Source: Candidatus Methanomethylicia archaeon
GTDB taxonomy: Archaea; Thermoproteota; Methanomethylicia; Culexarchaeales; Culexarchaeaceae
NCBI GenBank assembly: GCA_038727515.1
Contig: JAVYVS010000001.1
Span: 576,001-640,000 of the forward strand
Length of the DNA stretch: 64,000 bases
Direction of reading: 5' to 3'
The notes beneath the pieces were generated by a model. The model searched no databases. It saw nothing but the letters and a program-made list of their open reading frames with translations, and was not told the DNA's origin. Positions 28,223-38,571 of this stretch are shown here, piece by piece. A program made the translations under genes and the position numbers. The first letter of the stretch is position 1. Each line of letters starts with the position of its first letter.

Positions 28223-28801
28223 TTAATCAAGTTCTTCAGGTGAATAAGACATTTTACGAAGCTTATCTATACTATCTTTAAAACCGCTTACAAGTAAAAG
28301 AATTCCTCCAGTAAGAGTAAAATCTTCCGGAGGATCTTTAATCCATCTCTCCCCTGGAGATCTAACAGCCAATACATTAATCCCCATTTCATCAAGTTCA
28401 AGCTCAGATAGAGATTTACCATCAATTTCACTTCCTTTACCAACTCTAATTAGAGAAACACCTTCTTCAGTTTCACTGAAAACCATACTTAATATTGGAT
28501 GAGATTTAAATCCCCTCATAACAACGTCAGCTATTGAGGCAGCAGCATCAGAAATAGATTCCATACATAAACTAAGCCTAATAACACCTAAAATGTTATG
28601 AATATCTCCGTCAATATCCTTAGCCTTTAAACATTCCAATTCTAAATCTGTATGTAATCTATCCACTTCTTCCTCCATAGCTAAAACTTCATGGGCAATA
28701 CTCTGATCATTGTATAAAAGGGAGTAATAAGCTAAATCAATCATAGACCTAGACATATCCATTATCTTAATAAGCTTCTCCTCAATAACATTAAAATTCA
28801 T
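28223..28801 (-). CDS. PhoU + TrkA-C domain protein
   Basis: M.DMS..MIDLAY.SL, EEEVD, ESISDAA..IA (PhoU), then C-terminal TrkA-C (GSEIDGKSL..L...GINVLAVR). Confidence 0.85.
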   Translation of the reverse strand: MNFNVIEEKLIKIMDMSRSMIDLAYYSLLYNDQSIAHEVLAMEEEVDRLHTDLELECLKAKDIDGDIHNILGVIRLSLCMESISDAAASIADVVMRGFKSHPILSMVFSETEEGVSLIRVGKGSEIDGKSLSELELDEMGINVLAVRSPGERWIKDPPEDFTLTGGILLLVSGFKDSIDKLRKMSYSPEELD

Positions 28802-29427
28802 TTTTCAAACACCTCCCTCAAATCTTTAATTTCACCAGAAACAACCTTACTAAAATTATTTAATCCATCCATAGAACCCTTAACTATGAGAACATCATTT
28901 TCAAGAATAACCTCGGAATCTTCAGGATCAATGATTATTTTAGATCCTCTTCTAATAGCTAAAATATATATTCCAAAATAAACATCTAGATTTAAATCAG
29001 CTAATCTTTTCCCAATAAGTATAGAATCTTTATTTGGAATAAATCGTCTATATTGAGGTTCAACTTTACTTAAAGCATTCTTTAAACATGAAGGTATACC
29101 AAGCTTAAGTCTAATAACTTGAACTATATCAGCAGCAGCATTAGAAATATTATCAATAGCTATTGCAAGTTTCATAACTCCTGCAAGAGTTTCAGCATCT
29201 TCTAAATCTCTAACGGCAATAGATGCACTAGCCCAAAGTTCATACAATAAAGAATCTATATCCCTTTCAAATTCTAAAACTTCTTCAGCTAGATCAGCAT
29301 CATCAAAAAACACTGAAGCATAAGCTAAATCCACTATTAAACCACATAGATTCTTCATATCAACTAAAACTTCCTTAACAGGACGAGGCCTATGTCTCCA
29401 AATATTAGAATGAGTATGCTCACCCAT
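28798..29427 (-). CDS. PhoU + TrkA-C domain protein (paralogue)
   Basis: MKNL..LIVDLAYASV, ISNAA.DI, then SILIGKRLADL...ILAIRRG...P.....DVLIVKG; ATGA overlap with the downstream paralogue. Confidence 0.85.
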   Translation of the reverse strand: MGEHTHSNIWRHRPRPVKEVLVDMKNLCGLIVDLAYASVFFDDADLAEEVLEFERDIDSLLYELWASASIAVRDLEDAETLAGVMKLAIAIDNISNAAADIVQVIRLKLGIPSCLKNALSKVEPQYRRFIPNKDSILIGKRLADLNLDVYFGIYILAIRRGSKIIIDPEDSEVILENDVLIVKGSMDGLNNFSKVVSGEIKDLREVFEK

Positions 29428-29511
29428 TTAATCAATAAAACCTCCAAGACAACTATATAAATTATAATAGTCATATAAATTAAAATTTTATGGAGATTAT
29501 GAATGAAGTAT

Positions 29512-30720
29512 TCACGGGTAAATAATTAAGCTTAAAATTATAACTAAAATAGCACCATAAAGATCTGAAATAGATGTTTCAAGAGGTATTACAAAGTTAT
29601 CAGGATCCCAACCTCTACCATAAGAATAACAACCAACAATATATGAAACAAACATTATCACGGTAGAACCAAAAAACATAACTAAAAAGCATAATAAGAG
29701 CATATTAGATAATGTAGGAATTAAACCAGTTAATGAAGCTAAACCATAACCAAGTAAACCATAAACAAACCCCATAAAAGAAGCTGAAAGAAGCATACCA
29801 ATAAATTCATTAAACATAGTTGAAATAGAAGAAATCTTTGAATCTAAATATCCTAAGGCAAGCCTAGTAGTGGTAACACTACCAAAAGATGAACCTACAC
29901 CACCAATAGCATTTAATAATACTGGATAAACCATTAGAATCTCAGGATAATGAACAATATCTTCGATAAAGCTAGCTAGTAAGAGACCATTAATAACACC
30001 ATCAAAACTACAAACAAACCCTACTGGAACCGCCTCTCTAATAATAGTCCTATACATATCAATCCTCCTATCAAACTTATAAAAATACCAAATCAATATA
30101 AGTATTGGAAGAAATAAAATTGGATATATAAGTGTCACCATTAAATTTCCACTTAAAATTAATATTACAGAAATGCTATAACAGAGGGAAACAATAAAAT
30201 CATTAAGAATCCCAACAATGGGATATGCAACAACATCAGGATCCAATCCCTTCCTAAAACTAATAAAGGCAGCAAAAATATTTAAGGGAAGAGCAACGAA
30301 AGTTGCGACAACACATGTAAATAGACTTGCAATAATAAAATTGGTGAATTCACCAATGGAAACTTGTTTAAAAATTAAGTTTATGAAAAATGCTAGTAAC
30401 CCAACTAATATGGAATCTATATATGCCAATAGTATGGAAACCCTAATTAAAGAATAAAAATCTATAGTATTATTTCTCCAAGAAGCTTTAATTCGACCTA
30501 TATTAAGCATGGTGGTTAAATTCCCAGTAAAAACACCAGCAACATCACCTCTAATAGTTAAAACCACTGGAAATAATGCTACAACCCAGTGATATAAAAT
30601 CATGAGAGGACTTAAATTAGAAACAACTCTACCAGATAAAAGTCCACCACTACTAAAAGATAAAGCAAATGCACACTGTAGAAAGTTCTTCCAAATAATT
30701 CTGCGAGATAATCTAATCAA
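29512..30720 (-). CDS. MgtE-like divalent cation transporter (two MgtE membrane repeats)
   Basis: About 10-11 TM helices; repeated motifs P.....RG...G / GLDPD....P....ND and P.....GG..G / GWDPDN..IP..T...D. Start uncertain (TTG 30720 vs track 30807). Confidence 0.82.
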   Translation of the reverse strand: MIRLSRRIIWKNFLQCAFALSFSSGGLLSGRVVSNLSPLMILYHWVVALFPVVLTIRGDVAGVFTGNLTTMLNIGRIKASWRNNTIDFYSLIRVSILLAYIDSILVGLLAFFINLIFKQVSIGEFTNFIIASLFTCVVATFVALPLNIFAAFISFRKGLDPDVVAYPIVGILNDFIVSLCYSISVILILSGNLMVTLIYPILFLPILILIWYFYKFDRRIDMYRTIIREAVPVGFVCSFDGVINGLLLASFIEDIVHYPEILMVYPVLLNAIGGVGSSFGSVTTTRLALGYLDSKISSISTMFNEFIGMLLSASFMGFVYGLLGYGLASLTGLIPTLSNMLLLCFLVMFFGSTVIMFVSYIVGCYSYGRGWDPDNFVIPLETSISDLYGAILVIILSLIIYP

Positions 30721-30855
30721 TGTTGCCCCATGATCAGCATAGCCTCCTAAGACATAGTTTAAATCAAAAATAGTGTTATAATTCATTTTAAATATTTTAC
30801 TATACAATGAAAAGCTTCAATAACAATAAATACAAAATATAAGTATGGTGGAAAA

Positions 30856-31875
30856 TTGATCGAAATAAAAAGGGAATTACTAGAAGAAGCAAAAAGCATA
30901 CACGCAGAATCCATAATAATAGATGGACATTGCGATACAATATTACATATGTTTCCAAGACCAAACATACCGGGGAGTAAACCTAGAAGTATATTGGCTA
31001 AAAATGATACTGGACATGTAGATTTACCAAGATTAATGGAGGCAAACGTAACATGTCAATTCTTCGCTATATACACTGAGCCAATATATAAACCTTTGAA
31101 GGCAACAGCAAGAGCTTTAGAGTTGATGGCAAAATTTTATGAGGAAGTAGATAAATCTGAGGGGAAAATAATAGTGGTAAATAATTCAAGAGATATATTA
31201 AATGCAAAAGTTGAAGGAAAATTAGCAGCATTGATATCCATGGAAGGTGCGGAACCAATACAACATAATCCAATAATACTTAGAATGTTCCATAAACTTG
31301 GGTTAAGAGCAATCTCATTAACATGGAATGAAAGAAACATGCTTGCAGATGGTGTTGGAGAATCAAGAACTCAAAGTAAATTAACAGAATTAGGATTAAA
31401 CGCTGTGGAAGAGATAAGGAAATTGAAAATGTTATTGGATGTATCACATCTAAGTGATTCATGCTTCTGGGATTTAATTGAAAATTTCAAATTCCCCATA
31501 ATAGCTTCACATTCAAATGCAAGAGCAATATGTAATCATAGGAGAAATCTAACTGATGAACAATTAAAAGTCTTAGCAGAGAGGGGAGGAGTTACTGGAA
31601 TAAACTTTTCACCTTCATTCATAGTTAGCGAGGGAAAAGCAACCATAGATGATGTAATAAAACATATAGATCACATAGTGAATGTAGCTGGAATAAATTA
31701 TGTGGGATTAGGATCTGATTATGATGGAATATCATCAACACCAATAGGATTAGAGGATGTTAGTAAATTACCAAATTTAACAGCAAAATTACTAGAACAT
31801 GGGTATAGTAAGAACGATGTGAAAAAGATTCTAGGAGAAAACTTTCTAAGAGTGATAAAAGAGGTTATTGGATAA
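30856..31875 (+). CDS. M19 membrane (renal-type) dipeptidase, cytoplasmic form
   Basis: DGHCD, GHVDLPR, SMEG, LTWN, DVSH, ASHSN, RNLTD, GSDYDG, GENF.RV. Confidence 0.93.
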   Translation: MIEIKRELLEEAKSIHAESIIIDGHCDTILHMFPRPNIPGSKPRSILAKNDTGHVDLPRLMEANVTCQFFAIYTEPIYKPLKATARALELMAKFYEEVDKSEGKIIVVNNSRDILNAKVEGKLAALISMEGAEPIQHNPIILRMFHKLGLRAISLTWNERNMLADGVGESRTQSKLTELGLNAVEEIRKLKMLLDVSHLSDSCFWDLIENFKFPIIASHSNARAICNHRRNLTDEQLKVLAERGGVTGINFSPSFIVSEGKATIDDVIKHIDHIVNVAGINYVGLGSDYDGISSTPIGLEDVSKLPNLTAKLLEHGYSKNDVKKILGENFLRVIKEVIG

Positions 31876-33482
31876 TGGAAGTAGACATATTGATATTAAA
31901 TGGGAGAATTATTGATGGTACAGGAGGACCATGGTATAAAGCAGATATAGCAATTAAAGATGGTAAAATAATAGCCATAGGGAAAATAAGTGGTGTAGAT
32001 GCAAAGAAAACAATAGATGCAAAAAATCTATTTGTAGCTCCAGGATTCATAGATATGCATAGTCATTCAGATTACACGCTACTTGTAGATGGTAGAGCTA
32101 TGAGTAAAATAATGCAGGGGGTAACAACAGAGGTTATAGGGAACTGTGGGAGTTCAGCGGCACCGGTAATAGGTGAAATGAGAGAAAATATTGAGAGAAG
32201 TAAGGAAATGTATGGTTTAAAAGTGGATTGGACAACTATGGGGGAATATATGAATAAATTGGAGGAAGGAGGAGTATCTTTAAATGTCGTTCCATTAGTG
32301 GGATATTCAAACATTAGAATTGCAGTGTTAGGATATGATGCAAAAGAACCTACAGAAAGTGAAATGGATGAAATGAAGGAAATACTCATTAAAAGTTTAG
32401 ATGATGGTGCATTCGGAATGTCAACTGGATTGAGATATGATCCACAATCATTTGCGAAAACAGAGGAGATCATAGAATTAGCAAAGATAGTTTCAAAATA
32501 CAATGGAGTATATGCAACACATATTAGAGATGAGGGAGATAGAGGATCAATAATAGAAGCTGTGGAAGAAGCTATTAGAATAGGTAGAGAAGCCGAAGTC
32601 CTAGTTGAAATCTCACATTTAAAAATACTTGCAAAACCATTATGGAATAAATGCGATGAAATCCTAAATATGATTGAAACTGCCAGAGAAAAGGGGATTG
32701 AAGTAACTGCTGATCAATATCCATATGAAGCTAGTGGTACAAGTTTAATGGCTTGGATACCAAAATGGGCTAATGAGGGTGGAAGAGAAAAGTTATTGGA
32801 GAGATTGAGAAATCTCGAATTAAGAGAAAAAATAAAGTTGGAATTGTATAAGGCTATGGAATATCGTGGAGGATCTGAAAATGCAATAATAAGTAGATAT
32901 GAATTAGATCGATCACTGGAAGGATTATCAATTAAACAAGTTGCAGAAAAATGGAATTTAAAAGACGATGAAACGGCAATAAAACTTGTAGAAAAAGCTT
33001 TAGAGGGAAAAACGGGTATTGGAATAATAAACTTTAATCAAAAGAGAGAGAACTTAATAAAGATATTTGTAAAACCGTGGGTTATGGTTGGATCAGATGG
33101 ATATGCACTTTCACCAGCAGGAGTATTATCTAATGGTATACCGCACCCAAGAAGTTATGGTACTTTTCCAAGAGCTATAGTAAAGTATGTTAAAGAAGAG
33201 AAGGTTTTAACATTAGAAGAGTGTATAAGGAAGATGACTTCATTACCAGCTAACGTATTGGGGTTATGGAATAAAGGACTTATAAAAATAGGTTTAGATG
33301 CAGACATAGTAATATTCGATTTCGAAAAATTAAAGGATCAAGCAACATACAATGAACCAGCAAAATACCCAATTGGAATAGAATATGTAATAGTGAATGG
33401 CGTAGTAACCGTAGAAAAAGGGATTCACACAGGAGAAAAAGCTGGAAGAGTTTTAAGGAGAAAAAGGGAATATAAATTATAA
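31875..33482 (+). CDS. N-acyl-D-amino-acid deacylase (D-aminoacylase)
   Basis: PGFIDMHSHSD, GVTTEVIGNCG, HIRDE, SHLK, DQYPY, GSDG, HPRSYGTF, ADIVIFD; TAATG overlap with the dipeptidase gene. Confidence 0.92.
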   Translation: MEVDILILNGRIIDGTGGPWYKADIAIKDGKIIAIGKISGVDAKKTIDAKNLFVAPGFIDMHSHSDYTLLVDGRAMSKIMQGVTTEVIGNCGSSAAPVIGEMRENIERSKEMYGLKVDWTTMGEYMNKLEEGGVSLNVVPLVGYSNIRIAVLGYDAKEPTESEMDEMKEILIKSLDDGAFGMSTGLRYDPQSFAKTEEIIELAKIVSKYNGVYATHIRDEGDRGSIIEAVEEAIRIGREAEVLVEISHLKILAKPLWNKCDEILNMIETAREKGIEVTADQYPYEASGTSLMAWIPKWANEGGREKLLERLRNLELREKIKLELYKAMEYRGGSENAIISRYELDRSLEGLSIKQVAEKWNLKDDETAIKLVEKALEGKTGIGIINFNQKRENLIKIFVKPWVMVGSDGYALSPAGVLSNGIPHPRSYGTFPRAIVKYVKEEKVLTLEECIRKMTSLPANVLGLWNKGLIKIGLDADIVIFDFEKLKDQATYNEPAKYPIGIEYVIVNGVVTVEKGIHTGEKAGRVLRRKREYKL

Positions 33483-33486
33483 TTTT

Positions 33487-35445
33487 TTATTGCTTGAGAT
33501 ACCTGTCAAACCATTCTACAATTATCTTTAATCTTTCAACCCTATGTTTAGGTTTTCCAGTCCTTGATAGATCATGATTTTCACCAGGTACTAAAACCAT
33601 TTCTACATTTTTCTCAAAATGTTTTAAAGCAATAAAGAATTGTAAAGCTTCAACATAATGACATCGATAGTCTTCAAGGCTGTGTAATATTAGTATAGGA
33701 GTATTAACGTTTTCAGCGTATATTAATGGAGATTTTTCCAAGAACATTTTTACACTTTCAGGGGCCATAGGTTTAGCCGTTAAATCCCCAAGTATATGAT
33801 CCAATGCAAATCTATAACCTATATCACTAGTTCCATAGAAGCTAATCCAATTTGATATACCACGCATACTTACAGCAGCTTTAAATCTATTTGTATGTGT
33901 AACTATCCAATTAGTCATAAACCCACCATAAGATCCACCTGCAACTCCAATTCTAGATGAATCAATAAATGAATAATTGGCTAAAACATAATCTAAAGCT
34001 TCCATAATATCCATATAATCTCTTTCACCATAATGTCCACGTATATCAGAGAATTCTTCACTATAACCATCACTACCACGTGGATTTGTATATATCACAA
34101 CATAACCCTTTGCAGCATAGACTTGAAACTCATGTATAAAGGATGCACCATAAGCAGTTTTCGGTCCACCATGAATATACAATATAGCTGGATATTTCTT
34201 ATTTGGATCGAAATCTACTGGTTTCATTATCCAACCATCTATCTTTACACCATCACTAGCATTAAACTGGAAATATTCAGGTTTAGATATAGTGTAATTC
34301 CTTAAAAACTCAGAATTAAAGTTTGTAATTTTAATTTCTGAATTATTATGGAATAAATATAGTTCTTTAGGTTCAGTATCAGTCATGGATATGAAAACAA
34401 TTAGATTTTCAGATCCTCTCCTAGCAACATCAAAACTTTCAATACTCCTATAACCATTAATTACAGGCTTAATAGACTTATCTTCAACATTCACTGAATA
34501 TATACCTGTGGAACCACCATTATGAGCAATAAAGTAGATAGCGTCATCAACCCATTTTGGACCTACATTGACTTCTCCACCTCTAACATCTGAATTCAAT
34601 GAATTACTAATATTCAAAGTGAATTTCTCAGTTAATTTTTCAATGTTGAGTGTATTTAAATCAATAATATACAATTTATTATGTGATACTGACCCCCTAG
34701 GTAGATTGTGGCCTCTAAAAACTATTTTTGAATCATCTGGACTCCAACTTAAATAGTTTATGCTCATATTAGATAAAGTTAAACGTTTACTTTCACCAGT
34801 TTTAAGGTCATATATGAAGATATCATTAATGTAGGGTTTTAAATCATTTAAGGTTGCTATATAAGCTATTTTATCTCTTGAATGATTTAAAGCCATAAAG
34901 TTTATATCAAAGTCTCCAGAAGTCAACTGTTTAACATCTTCACTAAGTATATCAACAATGAATATATGGTTTCTAAGTGTATGTATAAAGCCTCTACCAT
35001 TAAACCAAAAGTTTATTCTATCAATAATCTTTATATCCTCCTGAATAGTTCCAAATGATCCTAGGAAGATTAATTTATTATCATTAATCCAATCAACCTT
35101 AAATATTGGCAATTTACGTTTTAAAACCATTCTAAATTCTCCACCATCCAATCTACCAATCCAAATTTCGCTTCCAGGCTCTTCCTTCTTCAAGGTTCTT
35201 CTAGAGGTAAAAGCAATATATTTACCAGATGGGCTCCATGCAGGTCTACCATCCTTAGGTCCATTGGTAAATGAGTAAACTTCATTGCTCTTTAAATCCG
35301 CTATCCACAATCTGGATATATAATCATTTTCATCTAAACTTGGTTTAGACAATGTGAAAACCACTTTAGAAGCATCTGGTGATAGTATTGGTTCTGATGG
35401 CATTAAAATCTTTGAAAAATCTTCGAAATCCACCTTTTTCTGCAT
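33487..35445 (-). CDS. S9 family acylaminoacyl/prolyl oligopeptidase
   Basis: WSP-type beta-propeller repeats; IHGGP, NPRGS.GY, GGSYGG (Ser), DYRC (Asp), ENHDLSR (His). Confidence 0.94.
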   Translation of the reverse strand: MQKKVDFEDFSKILMPSEPILSPDASKVVFTLSKPSLDENDYISRLWIADLKSNEVYSFTNGPKDGRPAWSPSGKYIAFTSRRTLKKEEPGSEIWIGRLDGGEFRMVLKRKLPIFKVDWINDNKLIFLGSFGTIQEDIKIIDRINFWFNGRGFIHTLRNHIFIVDILSEDVKQLTSGDFDINFMALNHSRDKIAYIATLNDLKPYINDIFIYDLKTGESKRLTLSNMSINYLSWSPDDSKIVFRGHNLPRGSVSHNKLYIIDLNTLNIEKLTEKFTLNISNSLNSDVRGGEVNVGPKWVDDAIYFIAHNGGSTGIYSVNVEDKSIKPVINGYRSIESFDVARRGSENLIVFISMTDTEPKELYLFHNNSEIKITNFNSEFLRNYTISKPEYFQFNASDGVKIDGWIMKPVDFDPNKKYPAILYIHGGPKTAYGASFIHEFQVYAAKGYVVIYTNPRGSDGYSEEFSDIRGHYGERDYMDIMEALDYVLANYSFIDSSRIGVAGGSYGGFMTNWIVTHTNRFKAAVSMRGISNWISFYGTSDIGYRFALDHILGDLTAKPMAPESVKMFLEKSPLIYAENVNTPILILHSLEDYRCHYVEALQFFIALKHFEKNVEMVLVPGENHDLSRTGKPKHRVERLKIIVEWFDRYLKQ

Positions 35446-35498
35446 AATTTATCAAAATAATTATATATTATCCCGATTTATACCTTACACTCCCAAAT

Positions 35499-38480
35499 TT
35501 ATTTATAGGAGGAGGACCATTCCATAGCGATATGTCTAATGAATTTTGCAACCATCATAGAAAGTTTTTCAGAAGAACTTCCAATACTCTTAACATACAA
35601 TAGTATTTTACATTCACCATTATCATCAACATAAATTTCAAGAATATTCCTACTAGTATTCTTTGAAGCTGTACCTGAACCAATATCATATGTAAAAGTT
35701 AATTTATGTATATCTCTACCGGAAACCTTATCAACCCTTTTATCAACAATTCTAATACTTTCTTCTATTGAAGTTGGATAACTTTTAATCTTATTAAAAA
35801 CATAACTTAAAAACTCACCGATATATTTAGGATCCAATTTTAATGGAACTTCATATATATCAATTCTACCTTCAGGTGTATATTGAATATTACGCTTTAT
35901 ATTCCAAAGTTTAGAGGGTACAACTATCAATGCAGATCTAAAGACAATTGAAGATCCAATCACTAAAGCGATTAATGAGAGAATTATGGAAAAGAATACC
36001 CATAGAAATGAAATCTTTGGGAAAACTGCAATTCTACTGAAAATAGACATAACTTTATATAAGAAGATTCCAAAGGCATATCCAATGGATCCAGCTGAGA
36101 AACCCATAATTATAGATTCATTAATGAAAATTCTAAATAATTGTGAGGGGGAAGCTCCAAGAGAAGTGATAACAATAGATTCATACTCTCTTTCACGAAG
36201 TGATGCGATGGCAGATATTGTAGCGTTTAGTATTATTAAGATCATTGGTATAAATGCTTCAAACCCACTTGAAGAAAGATACTCAGCTAAAATCATATTT
36301 ATACATTCATCACCAATTAAAACAGTTGAAAGTATATTTCCACCTCTGAGAGCAATAGTTTTACCAATTGAATAAATATCAGTATTAAGTTTATAATATA
36401 CGTAAACTCTACTCACACTCAACTCAAAACTACTAATGTCAGACCAATGTATGAAAACAGTTTCACTTGGCTCACAAATTCTAGATTCATAAACATTTGG
36501 AACACCATCTTCACCCTTCATACTTAAAATCATCTTATATGGTAAAACATGTCTACCACTCAATTCACGCAAATTGTAAATAGCATTATCATCAAATAAA
36601 CCACAAATCTTGAAAAATCTAAATGGATTTCCAACGGGAATGGGAATTAAATCTCCAACTTTAAAACCAAGTTTTGAAGCTAGGGATATACTTATTGCAA
36701 TTTCACCACTTTTACTTGGTAAACCTCCAGTAATAAATGTCGATGAGACAAGTTTCGCTACTGGATCTGAAGAATCGGAGAAACTTACAATGCCCATTAT
36801 AGGTGTATTTTCACTAAATCTTGTATATGGAGTAACTCTAGCTTTAGATTCAGCTCTAAAAGTTTTATATTCAACTTGACCCAATAATTCAATCATATCA
36901 AGAACTGAAGAAGGGAGATTTTGTGCATATGGATTATTCTCAGCTTCACGAGGACTAAAACCAGATACAACATAATGATCTGGAACTCTAATTTCAATAC
37001 TTAAACCATCAACACCATAATCATTTCTCCTATAATAGGTTAATAGATCTACTTCAAGAGAAAATGATGTTAAGGCTAGAGAACCAGCTGTAAAAACAAT
37101 TAGAGAAATTAAAATTAAAATTGTACGAAGCTTTCTCCTCTTCAAATTCCTCTTAGAAACAGAAAACAATTCGGCTGAATCAACAATAAATCTAAAACCA
37201 ATAAATCCACGACTTAAAATCTCTAGTCCAGCTATAAGAATTAAAGGTGAAAATATTTTGGGGAGAAGGTTAATATCAAATTTTGGGAAGAGAGGATAAC
37301 TAATAGACAAAATATATAATAAAGATGCATATGAAACTATAGAAATAATAATTTTAAATATCAATCGCTCACTAATGAAATACCCGATAGAAACAGAACC
37401 AAAAATGAAAAATATCAATAGCAAGTTGATGGATAAAGAAGCTTCCATATACATCCCATCGATGGTAGAAGATAAACTTTTAAGCAAAACGCAGCAAGAC
37501 CTTAATGTTGCAAATGAAGCTGAAGGATTATCCCTCTCCAAGTAATCTTCAGCTTCATTTATCATTCTATTAATTCTATCAAGTTGAGAGAAAAGACTAG
37601 TAGTATAAAAACCATTCATCCTAGCGATATCCAATTTATTTAAAACACTATTATACATAGATTTTACAATTCTAAGGGAATCGCTAAGAGAAACATCATA
37701 AATAGTAAAATACATAATATCATTTGAAGATAATACTTCAAAATCATCAAATAATTTAACACTCAAATAAGATTCTCGAATACTTGGAGTTGTGGTATAA
37801 GTAGTTCTACCAAAAATTATAGTTGAAGGAATAGACATAGTCTCTTGAAAAACACCAGTAATGATTACATTTATTTTATAACCAGCTGGAACAGGAATAA
37901 CATTACCTTTTAAACCCAACATAGAATATACATTTGATAAATCTTTAAAATCATATTTCAAAAGACAATTCAAATCTTGAGGCAAATCTTTAACTTCCAC
38001 TTGATACATAACTCTACTTGCTGGATCACTATAATTAACATGCATAAATCCACCAGAAAAAACTAATACTGCAGCTGGAAGCATTGAAAAATTCAAATTT
38101 AAACTTTCAATTGTTGAAAGTGGATTTATAGGTATAGATGTACATACTGGAACTCTATCTGGAAATCCACTATTGTAATCAATATGAAAAACGAATATCT
38201 TAATGAAGCCACCAGAAAGGTACTTATTGATGTTTAATTGGTAGAAGCCATTCTCATTTGTTTTCACAGACCCCAAAAAATCACTCCAAGAATAATATTC
38301 ATGATAAACTATTACAATAGCATCGGAAAGCGCATGCGAATCCTCAAATTTAAAAACATAACCACTAATGGTGAAATTGGGATTTGACGAAAGTGAACAA
38401 TCTATTTGCGAAAATAGAAATGAAAAAGTTAAAATCACAAATAAAGCTCCTTTAATTATGCATTGAATTTTAAAATTCAT
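35499..38480 (-). CDS. Large membrane protein with extracellular domains and a MacB/FtsX-like permease domain
   Basis: Signal peptide, beta-sandwich (ISGYV...KTNENGFY), helical bundle, TM block, RNLKRRKLRT..I MacB-type motif, extracellular loop, ER..E.....SLGASP...IF..ES FtsX motif, 3 further TMs. Confidence 0.78.
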   Translation of the reverse strand: MNFKIQCIIKGALFVILTFSFLFSQIDCSLSSNPNFTISGYVFKFEDSHALSDAIVIVYHEYYSWSDFLGSVKTNENGFYQLNINKYLSGGFIKIFVFHIDYNSGFPDRVPVCTSIPINPLSTIESLNLNFSMLPAAVLVFSGGFMHVNYSDPASRVMYQVEVKDLPQDLNCLLKYDFKDLSNVYSMLGLKGNVIPVPAGYKINVIITGVFQETMSIPSTIIFGRTTYTTTPSIRESYLSVKLFDDFEVLSSNDIMYFTIYDVSLSDSLRIVKSMYNSVLNKLDIARMNGFYTTSLFSQLDRINRMINEAEDYLERDNPSASFATLRSCCVLLKSLSSTIDGMYMEASLSINLLLIFFIFGSVSIGYFISERLIFKIIISIVSYASLLYILSISYPLFPKFDINLLPKIFSPLILIAGLEILSRGFIGFRFIVDSAELFSVSKRNLKRRKLRTILILISLIVFTAGSLALTSFSLEVDLLTYYRRNDYGVDGLSIEIRVPDHYVVSGFSPREAENNPYAQNLPSSVLDMIELLGQVEYKTFRAESKARVTPYTRFSENTPIMGIVSFSDSSDPVAKLVSSTFITGGLPSKSGEIAISISLASKLGFKVGDLIPIPVGNPFRFFKICGLFDDNAIYNLRELSGRHVLPYKMILSMKGEDGVPNVYESRICEPSETVFIHWSDISSFELSVSRVYVYYKLNTDIYSIGKTIALRGGNILSTVLIGDECINMILAEYLSSSGFEAFIPMILIILNATISAIASLREREYESIVITSLGASPSQLFRIFINESIIMGFSAGSIGYAFGIFLYKVMSIFSRIAVFPKISFLWVFFSIILSLIALVIGSSIVFRSALIVVPSKLWNIKRNIQYTPEGRIDIYEVPLKLDPKYIGEFLSYVFNKIKSYPTSIEESIRIVDKRVDKVSGRDIHKLTFTYDIGSGTASKNTSRNILEIYVDDNGECKILLYVKSIGSSSEKLSMMVAKFIRHIAMEWSSSYK

Positions 38481-38571
38481 ATTAAATTCAATAAACTTAT
38501 ATTTAAATACAGTATTGATAAAGATTACCTTTTCAACTTATTGAAAAAAGCATTTCAATTTAATGCTGCAT

